Source: Utricularia gibba (taxonomy: Eukaryota; Plantae; Magnoliophyta). Taken from it: a stretch of DNA of 64,000 nucleotides. This document shows positions 16,096 to 30,323 of the stretch, one piece after another. Below the pieces are notes generated by a model. The model ran no database searches. It saw nothing but the letters and a program-made list of their open reading frames with translations, and had not been told where the DNA came from. How positions within the stretch are numbered: the stretch's first letter is position 1; every line of letters begins with the position of its first letter. The stretch covers positions 558,001 through 622,000 of the forward strand of contig NEEC01000009.1 of NCBI GenBank assembly GCA_002189035.1, in the 5' to 3' direction. The translations under genes were made by a program, and so were the position numbers.

Positions 16096-18778
16096 TTAGG
16101 AGAATCTAAAGCAATCTGAAACTTCCAAGCAGGCTGCGAGTCGGACGATGGAGGGTTGTACGGACTCTGAGTTGGGGGACAACGCTCTTGGAAGTTCGGG
16201 TATGCATTCTGGGACATGTTGGTCGGTCTTCTCTTGCATGAAGAACAGTGAAAGCACAGCACGGCAGAAAATGAACCTGTAAATTTACGGAGTTCATGAC
16301 AGGATTATGCAATGAAACTTTTGACTTGCCCAGCTGCTATTGCCTATGGATTGGATCACGAGATTCACGAAAATAGTTGAAACAGGAGATGAGTACCTGA
16401 GGATTAGCCGCCGAAGAAACGGATCACACAAAAGCTGAGCCCAAGAAAGGTCCAGCTCCACGGAAGTGCAGAGAATTTCCTCCCATTTAGAAAACGATTC
16501 AGAAATGATCTTTTCCATGGAGCTCAGCAAATCCTGAAACAACACACCCGGTTTCAGAGCACGAACGTTTTACAGTCCCAGGAGGTAGTACGATCATGGG
16601 AATTTCATGAATACAAGGACGACCAACCTGGCCAGCATTGGCCAGTTTATAGTCTACTAGCTGGCAGAACGCCTGCAAAGGAGCAGCTAAGAAAAAAGTG
16701 AACTGGCTTCCATGGTGTGCATCATCAACCACGCTATGATTCTTGAAAGAAGGTGTGGAGGGAGAAAGAAACAGAGAAATAGGTTCACCAATCTCTGCTC
16801 CACGCAAAACCTGCAGAGTAGCAGAGATGCCATCACTTGGAAATGTATTCTTTACCCCAAAGGCAATCCATCCAAAGTTTTAACAAACCTGCCTTGAAAG
16901 AATGGCTGCCATCGCTATCTATTATCAGAAAAAGCGGCTTTCTAGTGAAGGGAATTATATCACCCGGGAAAAGCATATTTGAACCTGAAGAGGTCCATGA
17001 TACATTAAAAAAAGAGGCATCAGTTACTGGCAGAACACCGTGAAATACAAAAGCAAACAGCAGATTTTCTTTTTACCCCGATTTCTGCTGGGACCAAGCA
17101 CCAAGTAATTCTCATAATAATGGTTCAGGACTCCTTTAGCATTTGAATGATTCTCACAAACACCATTCCTTTGCCCATTATGGCTTCTTGCAAGGGCACT
17201 CCTGTGAGAGCTTTTTCCTAGTATTCCAGTGTTTTCAGCTTCGAATGAGCTTCGTTGTAAACTATCTCCTATAACAACACAGTGTCAGCTAAAAGCAAAA
17301 CATCAAGATGGCAGAAAATGGTGACTGGAAATAATAGCTAACCAGGTGCAGATATATATATAAGCAATACATTGTCAGGTGGAAGCTCTTGACAAGCTGT
17401 TGCAATCGTCTGTCCATTACAATTCAAAAAAAGAAAATGCAGGTTGATAACTTTATTGAAGAAATCACATCATGCAGGAACCACATCACACACAGAAATA
17501 ATAGTAATGGAAATCAGACACTCACAGCAATCAAATGTGTCACCAAAGGACGATAAATCACAGCTTTCTTAGGATTTGGGGGCAAATTTGGATCTGTCAT
17601 ATCCGCAAACAAGTTTATGTCAATCATTCCAGAAGTAACCGAATTATCAGCAACTATGCCATTGTCTCTCGGCTCAACAAATTGTTTCTGGTAGAATGCT
17701 CCACTAGGTTCCCATTCCAAACACTGCAACATTCTAAATGTGTCTAAGGAGAGATCCGCAAATTTCACCTGAAATGAGCATTGAACAAAAAATATCACAA
17801 CAAAATGCACTGTAAACATGGAATTCCAACTACAAAGAACCGTAGAATCAAGAACCATACCTCATTTCTGTGATAGCTTGTCAGAATTGCATCCTTGAAC
17901 TTCAGAAGCCTCTTAGCATGATATCGGGCCACAAATGGGAAAGATGATGGATATGAATCATAAGTTGCAGTATACCGCAATGGTCTAATGTTCAAAACAT
18001 CCAAATCCGCTTTCATAAACCGCAATATTTCCTGAACCACAAGCTTCCATTCTTTGAAGGTGGTTTCCTACAAGGCATGTTTTCTAGTTATAACGGTAAC
18101 ACCAGAGGGTGAATTATGTTTAGAACCAAGCCTCTCAAATTCATACAAAGTGCAGTACTGGGGTAGAAACAGAAGAAACTTCACAGGAAAAGACCTATCA
18201 ACCTCCAATCATCAAACCAAAAACTGAATCACATATTCGTGTAATTGAGTAATGGGGATGCAGCAAAATTTTTTTACCCGAAAATTAACTCTGCTTTCCT
18301 CAACAAGCTCTTTCAATTTATCAACAAGCAACTTTACCATCTCCACACGATTCAGAATCAAGGCCACCATCAAAAATCTGGCATGAAATCGAAGTTCTTT
18401 GAACCGCACATCACGGTTGCTAGCTGACCCATTGAAGTACTTCCTATAAAAAATCGCCTCGTAGAATACATACGCCTCGAGAAGAAACCTCGCCTCGCTT
18501 GTCCTCATGTACTGATTGAAATACAGCTGTCCAATTCTTGAAGCAATTTCCCCAATTTCCCACCGCTGGAGCCCAGACTCCATTAGTTTTGCCCGATTCT
18601 CCTGCTGATACTTCCACAACTGCATATAAGCCTTGAAAACCTTGTGAAAGAAATGCCCATACGGCAGCCCTGTTTGGCCGTAAGGATGCAGCGGAGCGTC
18701 ACGCACACGCGCGAACTTCCTCTCCGCTTTCTCCACCAAAGATCGGAAATTCCTCGAAACTTCCTCCGGTTTCGACAT
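16096..18778 (-). CDS. SCAI: Protein SCAI homolog (DUF3550 family)
   Basis: FRSLVEKAERKFARVRD, LQRWEIGEIASRIGQLYFNQYMRTSEARFL, FKELRFHARF, DPNLPPNPKKAVIYRP, PGDIIPFTRKPLFLIIDSD, FLRRLILR|FIFCRAVL. Exons chained in frame. Confidence 0.9.
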
Positions 18779-21013
18779 CGAAGAGATCTCAGGAACTTCA
18801 ACTGACACGACCCTTTACCATACCTCCAGCAAACCCGTTGCTAGTGAAGTCAATGCAGAAAAAGATGGCAAATAAAAGAAAGGGAATACACGAAGAGAGG
18901 AGGAGGACAAAAAAATAAAACTGCAATTCTACATGGTATTTTCAACTTTCCTCAACGGGTCCATGCCCATGGAAAGTGAGCTGGAAACAGTGAATATGTG
19001 CAGTTATAATGTCAGGACGGCAGTCAAAAACATATTCCCCGCATTTGTTTGTTTCTTTTGCTCGTTTCCCCCTGTGCAGATACTTCACCTAGATTCTGAT
19101 TCTGCAATACGGAGTCGAACGGGGGAGGGAGAAGAGGAAGAAGAAGAAGAACAAGTGACTACTGCAGTTCGAGATCCCTATAGGCTGCGACGCCGTGTTG
19201 ATTGGCCGCTATAATGCGTGGGAGTCATACAACTGCGCACAACAGGACGGCTGTACGGGTATCCCCAGTAGGCTCTAGGGTTGGTTCATTTCATTTCAGG
19301 GTTTCTTTCCTTAATTTCTTCAATTTTCATAATAAATTACTCTAATTAGTGTCTTAAAACCCACAAAGTGAAACCGATTCAACTGTAAGAATCGAATTTC
19401 ATTTTTTATAACAAAATATCATGTATGAATATAATTATTTTAATTACTTTTTATTTTATGATAATTTATATAAAGTAAATTTTATTTAAATTATATGTTT
19501 ATATTTAAATATTTTACCAATATCAGATAACATCATAATGTATCTAGTTTTATATTCTCTCACTTTTAGATATTCAAAAGATTAGATGAATACTAATTTA
19601 TCCCACCATTTATATTAGCCTGAATTCGGTTCTAATATCAAATATTATGATCCATTTTATCTTACGTAATATTGTATATTTCAAATACCTAAATATTATA
19701 GTTTATATTTTAAAATTTTTGAAAAAATATCTCATACAAAATTCAAATATTACCTATATGTAAGTGCATCCTTTATCTTATTCATAACCAATATGGTACT
19801 ATCATGATGTTTATTTTTTATTATTAAAATAAAAAATATGTATTTTCAATTTAAAACATCATTTAGTATTAGAAAAATTCTAAAATCAATTAACCATTTA
19901 ATCGAATTATTCCGGTCACGAAGTCGTAGTATTTGTTAATTAAAGCATCCAAAGGAGGTCATTTAGTAGCACACCACTAAATACAGCTTAGAGGCACGCT
20001 GTGCGACAAATTAGGTCCATCGCACGCGCTAGTGACTAGTGAGTGATTACATAATTATTCAACGTAGGCAACATCCCACTTCGAATGAACATCAAGCCTA
20101 GTTTCAATATAATAAACATTAAAACTCACCAAATCATTATACAATTCATTATTTCTCAATATCTGGATGCATAATTTGAATAAATGTTACTTATAAATTC
20201 ATTATTATAAATATTCGCCTGGAGATGCATCATTAATAACTGTATTTAGTGGCCTTAATTGTGCATTAATACTTAGCCCCTGTTTTCCATAGGGTAGGCC
20301 AATAAATTCCACCTTTCGCCGAGGTTGCCGGTTTCAAGGCTATGATAATGCTTTTATTTTTAAATTCACCCGCGTGTTGCCGGCTATTGTGATGGCGATG
20401 GGATGCGACGCATGCGACATCAGTCGTGCGGTTAGACACTCGGACGCGGACACGGTGTCGTATTGGAGCAATGATTCATCTCCACCTTTTTAAAGGTAGT
20501 GGACTCTTAGGAGGCTTTCATTTTCATTTGGAATGATGTGTGGCTCATACTTCTCGTTTTCTTCCCAAGGAAGAAACAAAGGGTGTGTTATGAGATATTT
20601 AGGCGATAGGGTGCACAAATTATTTTTTTACTTAGAAGTTAAAGTAAAATTTAAAAAACTGTTTTATATAGATTATTCCAATTTCTTATTTTTTCAACTT
20701 CTATTTCTATTATTAATTATCAACTATTTATTATATTTTACATTACAATCAACTTATTTATTAACTTATTTTATAAATCATCAAAATGCTACTTATTTTT
20801 ATAAGCAATGATTTATTCAGAAATTTTTCAAGTCCCACATTCTCTAGAGAATATTGGTGTTGAATCCAATCTATGTATGAATGATGCTTTTTTTTTTCTT
20901 ATTTTCTCCTATTTTTTATAGTGTTGGACATACTCTTTTCTCGTTCCTTATACTCAATTGGTTCTAGAATTTTTTTTCTTAAAATCTGAAATCTGATTTG
21001 AAAAGACTCCTAA

Positions 21014-22943
21014 GTCCTCGTTTGTTAGGTGAGTTTAGCCCTCTAAACCTTTAGGTAAAAAGTATTGTATGTGTTTGTTGGAATGGTTTAGCAAAATACA
21101 AGAGTTTGTATTATCCCGAATTAAACTTGCAACTGGTGGTTTCTCAAAACCCACCGAGAAACCCATCTCACACAAATACAACTTTGTCGATAATACCCTT
21201 CTACTCCATAAGCAAATTCACAACAGTAAATCTATGTATCCGTTCATCCTCTTCAACACAAATCTGTCAGGTTTTTACAGGTACATGGTGTGTGGATTCG
21301 AATTCTAATATTTCGACGAAAACCCATACTTCAGTTTAAGCCAAGAGTTCTTATTTTTTGTTTTGCATATGATGGAGTCGGGTGATTTTTTTCCGAAAAT
21401 TGCAGTAGGATGTGCGTTGCTTATTGAGGTTGTTGCAATGGTTTCAAAGAAGATTATTTTGGCTGCCCTTGCTGCGGCGTATTGCGTTGGTCAGCACCTA
21501 TGTGTTATGCATTTCAGGCACTTCAGAATGCCGCTCTCGATGTATGGAAGACACATTGTAGGCATTGCAACCTTTGTTCACGGTGCCTACAGCATTCGAT
21601 CCTTAGGTACGATCCAAATTGCTCCTAAGGGTCGAGCGTTAATATAAATTTAAAATAAATAAATATACACTGGACTCGAATCACACATAAAGATCGAATG
21701 CTAATAAAAATATTAAAATAAAAAGTATATGTTCGATCCGAATCATACCTAAGGATCGAATGCCACACACATGCACTCAGTTGGCGCATCGATGCCAAGC
21801 ACTGCAAGCGCATATTTGTGGTGCCTAGAAAGATTGGATGCATGATAGATACTGCAACATTTATTTGTGGTGTCTAGAAAGGGACGAGTCCTGTTGTTCT
21901 GCTTTCTATAGGTTACACCTCTTGATAAAGATCTTTGGTTATACAAACTGAAATCAGATATCAGCTACTCATGGCAAACATGTAAAGCGTAATATTATCA
22001 CTCAAAGAAAAATGATCTTCATGATATATAGACATCATATGTGGATATGATCAGAACAACAAAGAAAAACGGTGGTGTAACAAACATTATAGACCTCTCA
22101 CAATCCCATCCACCATAACCTCACCGTTCTGCTCAGAAAGAGTTGTAGCTTTATGGGATTACTCAAGATGACTTTAGTTACTCCTAGACACTGCATTGTA
22201 GTTAATTGCAATGGCATCCCTTTGATGATGTCTGCAGCAGCATTTCGACGTTCCCGTAGGTCATTGGTTTCAACAATAAGAATTTCTCCCAATTGTGCGA
22301 TGGCATCATTTGTTGTAGGCACGTTTGCTTCAACCATTTCTGCAACCAACACATAAGTGCACAACCCATGATAAAACCACGACACACATATAGCTCAATA
22401 TGGCACAAGAAGTATAACAACATTATATGGGTTTCAGGGGCACAATTCACATCCATATTACTCAAAAAACATCACGCACACTAACACCCAGTCGCTCAAT
22501 CCATGTGGTTAAGGTCATTCAAGTGGCAAATGAAATAAACGCCTCAAATTCGAGAAAAAAATACTTGGTGCATCACCCAATACCTAATTTTTCGGTAGAT
22601 CAAACTTGTTCCCAGAGTTACATGAGCCGAAGATCCATGATATTACATCGCAGATCGAGGGTTTCGAATTCCCCAATCTGTGAGTCTCATGTTTCTACAT
22701 GTGGGGTCAAAATAGGATAATAAAATATTTTATTATACATAAATTGTATATTATAGAATTCATTTTTTCTAGTATTGAGAATCTATACATTAACCTTTCT
22801 AATAAACATACAAAATTGATAATCATATATTATTGAACTCTATCTATTAAATATATATTTTATTCTAAACCATTATTTATGGGATACAATAAACTAAAAT
22901 AATCTAAACCCTTTTAATTTAAACTCATCTAACAAACGAGGCC
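21014..22943 (-). mobile_element. Decayed PIF/Harbinger DNA transposon (1.93 kb)
   Basis: 24-bp TIRs (gtcctcgtttgttaggtgagttta at 21014; reverse complement ggcctcgtttgttagatgagttta ending 22943; 2 mismatches) with TAA target duplication at 21011-21013 and 22944-22946. Internal minus-strand remnant IIKGMPLQLTTMQCLGVTKVILSNPIKLQLFLS resembles the PIF Myb-like ORF C-terminus. Confidence 0.8.
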
Positions 22944-24296
22944 TAAGAGTTTTCGGATGAACTGATTCTCTTTGTACCAATTCATAAATATTCTATGAAA
23001 ATTTATTACAGATAAATTATGTATAGTTTATAATAAAAGAAGAATGTAATATAATGGATTCTTGTAAATTACATTTCTTATTTCATTATATTATATTTAA
23101 CATAAAAACGTAAAGTATTTGATTTGTAAAATTAGAATATAAATGTAATTTACAATCTAATTATACTTCTTTAAAGTCTATATTCCAATATTTAAAAATA
23201 ATTTTTACATAAACAATGTACCGTATATATCATTAATATTTTACTTGTTATTTATTTATCTAATAAATTTTACTTTATGACTTAAGAAGATGTTACTAAA
23301 AAAATCGTACATACTATAATCTTAGTGTTTTTTGATTGGTTTATGTAACATCAATTGGTACAAAGATTAGTAAAATAATAAAAGAAGAACGAATTTGGTA
23401 ATTGAGAATTGATTGATTTTCGGATGAAATCAATTTGAATTACTTTAATGTTATTTTATATGGACAGTTGACTGGTTCTAAGACAATAATTTATTTTTGG
23501 CCGAATTTTAGAATTTTTTTTTTTGACTTTTTAACCTCATGTCTAGGATGTTGGACACGTTCATTTTTTGAAAAAAAAAAGAATATTATACATATACTAA
23601 GTGTATGGATATTATGTTGAAATATAATAAATTAATATTATTTAATAGTTTAATATGAAACAATATAATTTATTAATATTTATTCTTTTATGTCCAAAAG
23701 CATTCAAATTAATCTTAATCTTATTTCGACCATCCTATTTATCCCACTGCAATTCACCCAACTCCTATTTTTTACTACTTGTACTAAATTGTTATAATTA
23801 TTTTATGTGTTAGACGTGTTAAAAGAATTAAATAATAAATAAAATTGTTTTTATAATTATGTAAAATTTATTTTTGTAATAATATAATTTAATAAAAATT
23901 GATTATGTAATAATAATAATAATATTATTATTATTATTAAAAATATTATCTGTATATTAAAATATGATACTTTATAATTCAATGTATCCTATGTTCGAAA
24001 CTTGTGTGTAAGGCAACTAACAGCCTTGCCTCATGTAATTAACCGGTTTTTTTCCTTAATCTCGGAGCCAAAACAATAGAATTACAGCCAATTGGTTGGA
24101 AATCCAAAATTCGGAACCCTAAATTGATTTACACGATCGGCATTGTGTTTGATTTTGTGTGGATTCTGATTGCTCAAGGCGTTTCTGGGTTTCCTACTAA
24201 CTCTAGTAACTGTTTAGCTTTGCGAGCGTCGGCTGAATTGTGCTGTCTATAAAGGATTCTTGAAGGTTCTTTCAGGAGGAGTGGACTCCGGTGAAT

Positions 24297-27200
24297 ATGG
24301 AGCAGTCCAAAGGGCGGACTTGGGAGAAGAGTCCCCGTGTGGAAAGGGTTTATCGTGTTTCTACAGTTCCTTCTTTTCGCGGGCCTTCGCGTCAACGGTA
24401 CCAGACCAGGTTTTCGAGTTGTCATCAGTATCGTGATCGCCCACCTGATCAGAGATTACCCTGTTTCAACTATGCTGTACAGATGATATCGGTTTCTAGG
24501 AAAGATGTGGAATTGAAGGATATGGATGTCGTGCTTGGAAGGCTTGATTTCCAGCCAGTGGATTGGAATTTGCAACGTTGTAATAATATTTCAGCCACGC
24601 TTTATTACCAGCGATGGAGCGACGCGCTTGAGACTGTCGTTCAGCTGTGGAATATGGTCTTCGACGGTTCTGTTGTTGGATTTCTGCCGCATTTTTTTAG
24701 CAAAGTGAATTTGCCCTCCGAAAGGGAGGAAACAATTTATCGGTTGAGAACTGTGTTTTTGGATAACTTGAAGCTGTTGAGAGGAGTTTTCCTGGAGAAG
24801 TGGATGAATGAGATTCAGAGGGCAGCTGAAGAAATCAGGAAGATTTCTACTTCATTAACAGGACCACAGAACTTACGCGTCTGGGATGAACTTTTGAAGA
24901 GAAAGAAAAGTTTGCAGGAAGAAAGAGATTTGATCTTGAATAGGGTTCAGGAGTTTTTGACTGGGATTGATTGCATTGAGAATTATTTGAAGGACGAAAA
25001 AAACCATGAAGATGGGGATGTCCCAGTTTTCCAGTTTTGGGATGGGGAGATTGACTGGAGGAGAATCTACAATTTAATAATGAGGGAGCGCCGAAGACTT
25101 GAAGATGGACTACCAATTTTCGGCCGTAGGCGGGACATTATGAAGCAAATACACTGCCAACAAGTAATTTCATGCAAAGCTCTTCCTTCTATTAATATAG
25201 TTATTACTTTTGGGCTAAATGGCGTAGGTGAATCTTTTTTCACTGATGTTATAATAGCATCGGCACATGATTAATGTGGTTGATTTGGACTAGGAGATAA
25301 GTATCACTCTCAGTTGTGTCATCCATAATGATCACGTTTGCCCCCTATGGTTTCTGAAAGGCAGTCTGAGAGTCTTTTGTAAAGGAAGATCCTGATGCTA
25401 TAGAAATATCATTTCATCAGGTTCCTTGGTTACACAAGATTAATTTTGTTTTAAAATGAACTGCATGATGAGGATTTGTTGGCGTTTTTCATATGAGTAG
25501 TTCCATTGTTTTGTTCAGATTAGATTGCGAATATGAGGTTTTCTTTTTTGTTCCCTAAAATTCTGAACATTCTTTCTATTTCCATTTTCTTAGTTGTCTC
25601 TTGTGAATGAATAATGTTTGCATTGAATTTAATCCTTTCATTTCAATGACATCTAGGTAATCTTCAGGATTGGTGTCAGTAATCTTTTCGTAATTTTCAG
25701 AATTCATAGAACTTAAATTGTGACTTCACTGATGATGGTCATCTATAGGTTTTAGTACTAATTGGCGAGACGGGGTCTGGAAAGAGCACACAGCTGGTAC
25801 AGTTTCTTGCGGATTCGGGAAATTACCATGAGTCCATTGTGTGTACACAACCACGTAAGATTGGTGCCATTTCTTTGGCAGAAAGGGTCAATGATGAATC
25901 CCGTGGCTGTTATGAAGATACTCTGGCCACATGCTATCCTACATATTCATCTGTTCAGACGTTTAAGAGCAAAGTGGCATTTTTGACCGATAACTGCTTA
26001 CTTAGGCATTACATGAATGACGACAGACTTTCAAAAATATCGTGCATTGTTGTTGACGAGGCCCATGAAAGGAGCTTACACACGGATTTGCTTTTGGCTC
26101 TAATCAAGAAGTTACTCTGTGTGAGGCCCTGCCTTAGGCTTATTATCATGTCTGCCACAGCAGATGCTGGCCAATTTGCAGAATACTTTTTTGGTTGTAC
26201 AATTGTGCGTGTACCTGGGAGATGCTATCCTGTTGAAATAAAATATGTGCCTTCTGAATCTGAAGGATTTTCACCCTCCAATGTATCACAATACGTACTT
26301 GATGTTTTGAAAATGGTAAATGAAATTGACAAAACGGATATAGATGGGACCATTCTTGCATTCTTGACATCCCAAATGGAAGTAGAATGGGCTTGTGAGA
26401 ATTTTCATTCACAGTCTGCTGTAATATTGCCTTTACATGGAAAGCTATCTTCTGCTGATCTAAATCGTGTGTTTCTAACATATCCAGGTAAGAGAATTTA
26501 CTTTTTCCCATCAAAACGTTTCATTGTTGGTCTGTTTTTGAATTTCTGGCATGTGCAGGTAAGAGATTAATTATATTTGCCACTAATGTTGCTGAGACAT
26601 CATTAACAATTCCTGGTGTCAAGTACGTGGTTGATTCTGGGATGATGATTGAGAGTAGATTCGAGCCTTCTAGTGGAATGAACGTTCTAAAGGTATGCCG
26701 CATAAGCCAGAGTGCTGCAAATCAACGTGCAGGCCGTGCAGGCAGGACAGAACCTGGGACATGCTATAGACTCTACAGAGAAAGTGATTTCCTGGAAATG
26801 AGGCTCCATCAAGAGCCTCAAATTCGAAAGGTGCATCTTGGTATAGCAATTCTTAAAATGCTTGCGCTAGGGATTGAGAATATCGAGAAGTTTGATTTTG
26901 TAGATGCACCGAGTGAATGTTCTGTGAGCATGGCTGTTACAAATTTGATTCAGTTAGGAGCCATTCTGCTGAAAGGTGGAAGCTATGAACTAACCGCGCA
27001 GGGATGGGAAATGGTTAAATTGGGTGTTGAACCTCGCTTAGCTAAAATAATTCTAAAATCTCATGACTACCATTTGGGTAGAGAGGGCCTTGTTCTTGCT
27101 GCAGTAATGGCTAATTCAAGTAGCATATTCTGTAGAGTCGGTAGGCTGGAAGACAAGTTGAAAGCAGATTGCCTTAAGGTGCAATTTTGCCATCCTGATG

Positions 27201-30200
27201 GTGATCTTTTCACCCTGCTTGCTGTTTACAAAGAGTGGGAGTCTCTTCCTGATCAAATGAAAAATAGCTGGTGTTGGCAAAATAGCATCAATGCCAAGTC
27301 CTTGAAGAGATGCCGGGAGGTTGTGTTGGAGCTGGAGACATGCCTCCAAAGTGAACTTAATATTATTGTGCCAACCTACTGGAGCTGGAACCCTCAAAAA
27401 GTTACTGAAAATGATAAAAAACTGAAAGATGCAATACTTTCATCCCTTCCTGAAAATGTGGCAATGTACTCTGGGTTTGATCATCTTGGGTATGAGATAG
27501 CATTGACAAGAAAGTATGTGAAATTGCATCCTTCATGTTCTCTTTTCAGTTTTGGTAATAGACCAGCTTGGGTTGCTTTTGGGGAAGTACTTTCTGCATC
27601 GAGTGAATATCTTGTCTGTGTTACTGCTTGTGAGTATGAATCTTTGCTGATGCTTCCTTCTGCTTCACAATATTGTATCATGGAAAGCCAACGGTTGCAA
27701 AAGAGAATTTTTTCAGGTTTTGGGAGTGTTCTGCTGAAGAAGTTTTGTGGCAAGTTTAATGGCAATTTGCAACGCCTTGTTTCAAGTGTTCGGTCGTCAT
27801 GCAATGACAACAAAATATATGTTGAAGTTAATGTTGATCAGAATGATGTGCATCTCTTAGCATCATCTCAGCACATGGAGAGAGCATACGACATTGTATT
27901 TGGAGCACTGGAATATGAAAAGAAGCTCATGGAAAATGAATGCATGATAAGATCTTTATATGACGTAGGGCCTACTGCAGTTGCCCCAGTTGCTCTATTT
28001 GGAGCAGGTGCTGAGATTAAAAATCTGGAACTTGATGGTAGATATTTGACTGTTGATATATTCCACTCCAACATCAACGCACTTGATGACAAGCAGCTCA
28101 TGGGTTTACTTGAGCGGCAAGCCTCAGGTTTTATTTGTAAAACCAGCAAGTGTTTTGGCATCGCTCCTGATGGTGAGGTGGACAAATGGGGAAATGTCAC
28201 ATTTCTTGACCCTGATGCTGCAAAGAGGGCTTCTGAAATAAAGGACTTTGAACTTTGTGGTGGATTGTTAAAGGTAGTTCCTTCCAGAAGCAAGGGAGCT
28301 GGTGATAGCAGAATGTTGAGGGTCCCTCAACTTAAAGCTAGCATTGAATGGCCTCGTAGATATAGCAAAGGGGTTGCTTTTGTGACATGCCATCCTGCGG
28401 ATGTTGATTCTCTGATAGAGGTTGTTTCCAATCGACAGATTGATGGTAGTTTTGTTTGGTGTGACAGAAGTAAAACCAGTGAAAACTCTGTTGTTATTTC
28501 TCGGCTTAGTAAGGAACTTTCAGAAGATGATATATCTAGGGAGTTAGGTGCTGTCACTGAAATACCTATCCTGTCTGTGAATCTCATGAGAGCAGACGTT
28601 GTTGATTGCCCTCCCCTTAAGGTTCTTCATGAGGCCATTTTAAGAGAGATTTCTCCTTTTTTTCGGGGACTTAACCCACAATCCAACTGCGTTCATGTTG
28701 AGGTCATTGAACCCAAAGAAATGGATTCCTTCATGAAGGCGACAATCACTTTCGATGGAGATTTACACTTGGCTGCAGCTAGTGCCCTTGAGCAGATTGA
28801 GGGAAAAACATTACCTGGACTGAAGTCATGGCAAAAAATAAGATGCAGACGATGGTTTCGTAGCTCTGTATCATGTTCTGCAGCAGTATATGATGCTATT
28901 AGCAAACAACTGCAGTCGATGATTGAAAGGATACGGCAGCAAAAGGGTACTTCTGAATCTACTACTTCTTACATGCCATGTTTTGCTCCTTGTCATGTTT
29001 TTGTGTTGTTAGCTTGCAATATATGGAATTCATCAAGAACATCTTTCAGTTGTTGAATTGTTGCCAGAAGTTATGTTTGTGCCCTGATGTTGCGGAATCC
29101 TCATTGGCAGGTGTCACATGCACTCTACTGGGGAACAGAATCGGTTTTTTTAGAGTGGATATATCTGCTCGTGCAACGAGAACAGTTGCAGAGGCGAGGA
29201 GACCTCTGGAAAAGCTTATGAGAGGGAGGATCTTGCAACACCCTGATCTTAATTCCCAAGTGCTTCAGATTCTTTTTTCACGGGATGGTGCCACGCTGTT
29301 GAAAATTACTCAACGGGAGACAGGGGCATACATCATATTTGAAAGGCAAAGCATGATTGTGAGAATATTCGGTTCTCCTGAAAAGGTACAAAAAGCAGAG
29401 GAAATGCTTGCCATAGGCCTTCTTGCACTGCATGAGAGCAAGCAACTTGAGGTCAAACTTCGCAACAGGTTTTTGCCTCTTGACATGATGAAGAGGGTAG
29501 TTCAGAAGTATGGACCAGACCTTCGCAGTCTTAAAGATGCGTTTCCTGGTGTTGAATTCTCTCTGAACGTGAAACGCCATTGTATTTACATGTCATGTGG
29601 CAAGGAGCTGAAGCAGAAGGTCGAGCGACTGATTTTCGACCTCGCCGACACATCCGAACACCAGAGCTCCTGCAAGGACTACGCCCCAGCCTGCCCCATC
29701 TGTATGTGTGAAATAAGCGATGCTTACAGGCTCGACGGTTGCTGCCATGACTTCTGCCGCTCCTGCTTGGTCGATCAGTTGGAGTTTGCAACTCGAAACT
29801 CCGACAGTTTTCCAGTCCGGTGTTCCAAGTATGGCTGCGGATACCCCATCCTCCTTGCCGACTTGAGAGCCTTATTACCAGATGAGCACAAACTGGACGA
29901 GCTTTTCCGGTCATCTCTGATAGCCCACGTCGCCGGCAGCGGAGGGAAGTACGCATTCTGCCCATCCCCGACTGCCCCTCCGTCTACCGCGTCGTGGACC
30001 CCGGCGAGCCGGCCTCCCCCTTTCTGTGCGGCGCCTGCTACTCGGAGACGTGCGCGAGGTGCCACAGTGAGTACCATCCCTTCGTGTCCTGCGAGAAGTA
30101 CAGCGAGTTCAAGGAGGACCCGGATCTGTCACTGAAAGAGTGGCGCAAGGGGAAGGACAACGTGAAGACCTGCCCGTGCTGCCGCTCCACCGTGGAGAAG

Positions 30201-30323
30201 GTCGACGGGTGCCACCATGTGGAGTGCCGGTGCGGGGCGCATGTGTGCTGGATGTGCTTGATGGCCTTCACCACCAGTGAAGACTGCTACGCCCACCTCA
30301 GGTCTGAGCACGAATCCATCTGA
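24297..30323 (+). CDS. DEAH-box RNA helicase fused to C-terminal RING-IBR-RING (RBR) E3 ligase (DEAH11/12-like); exons 24297-25163, 25749-26487, 26559-28946, 29111-30323
   Basis: GETGSGKSTQ, DEAH, IIMSATAD, IFATNVAETSLTIPGVKYVVDSG, QRAGRAGR, CPICMCE...CCHDFCRSC, CPCC...GCHHVECRCGAHVCWMC. One -1 frameshift in the C4 run at 29966-29969. Confidence 0.94.

Noticed and set aside
20001-20033. Helitron 3' end (GTGCGA..TCGCAC then CTAGT)
   Set aside because: Only a 6-bp stem with a 13-nt loop, and no 5' TC end or helicase remnant identified.
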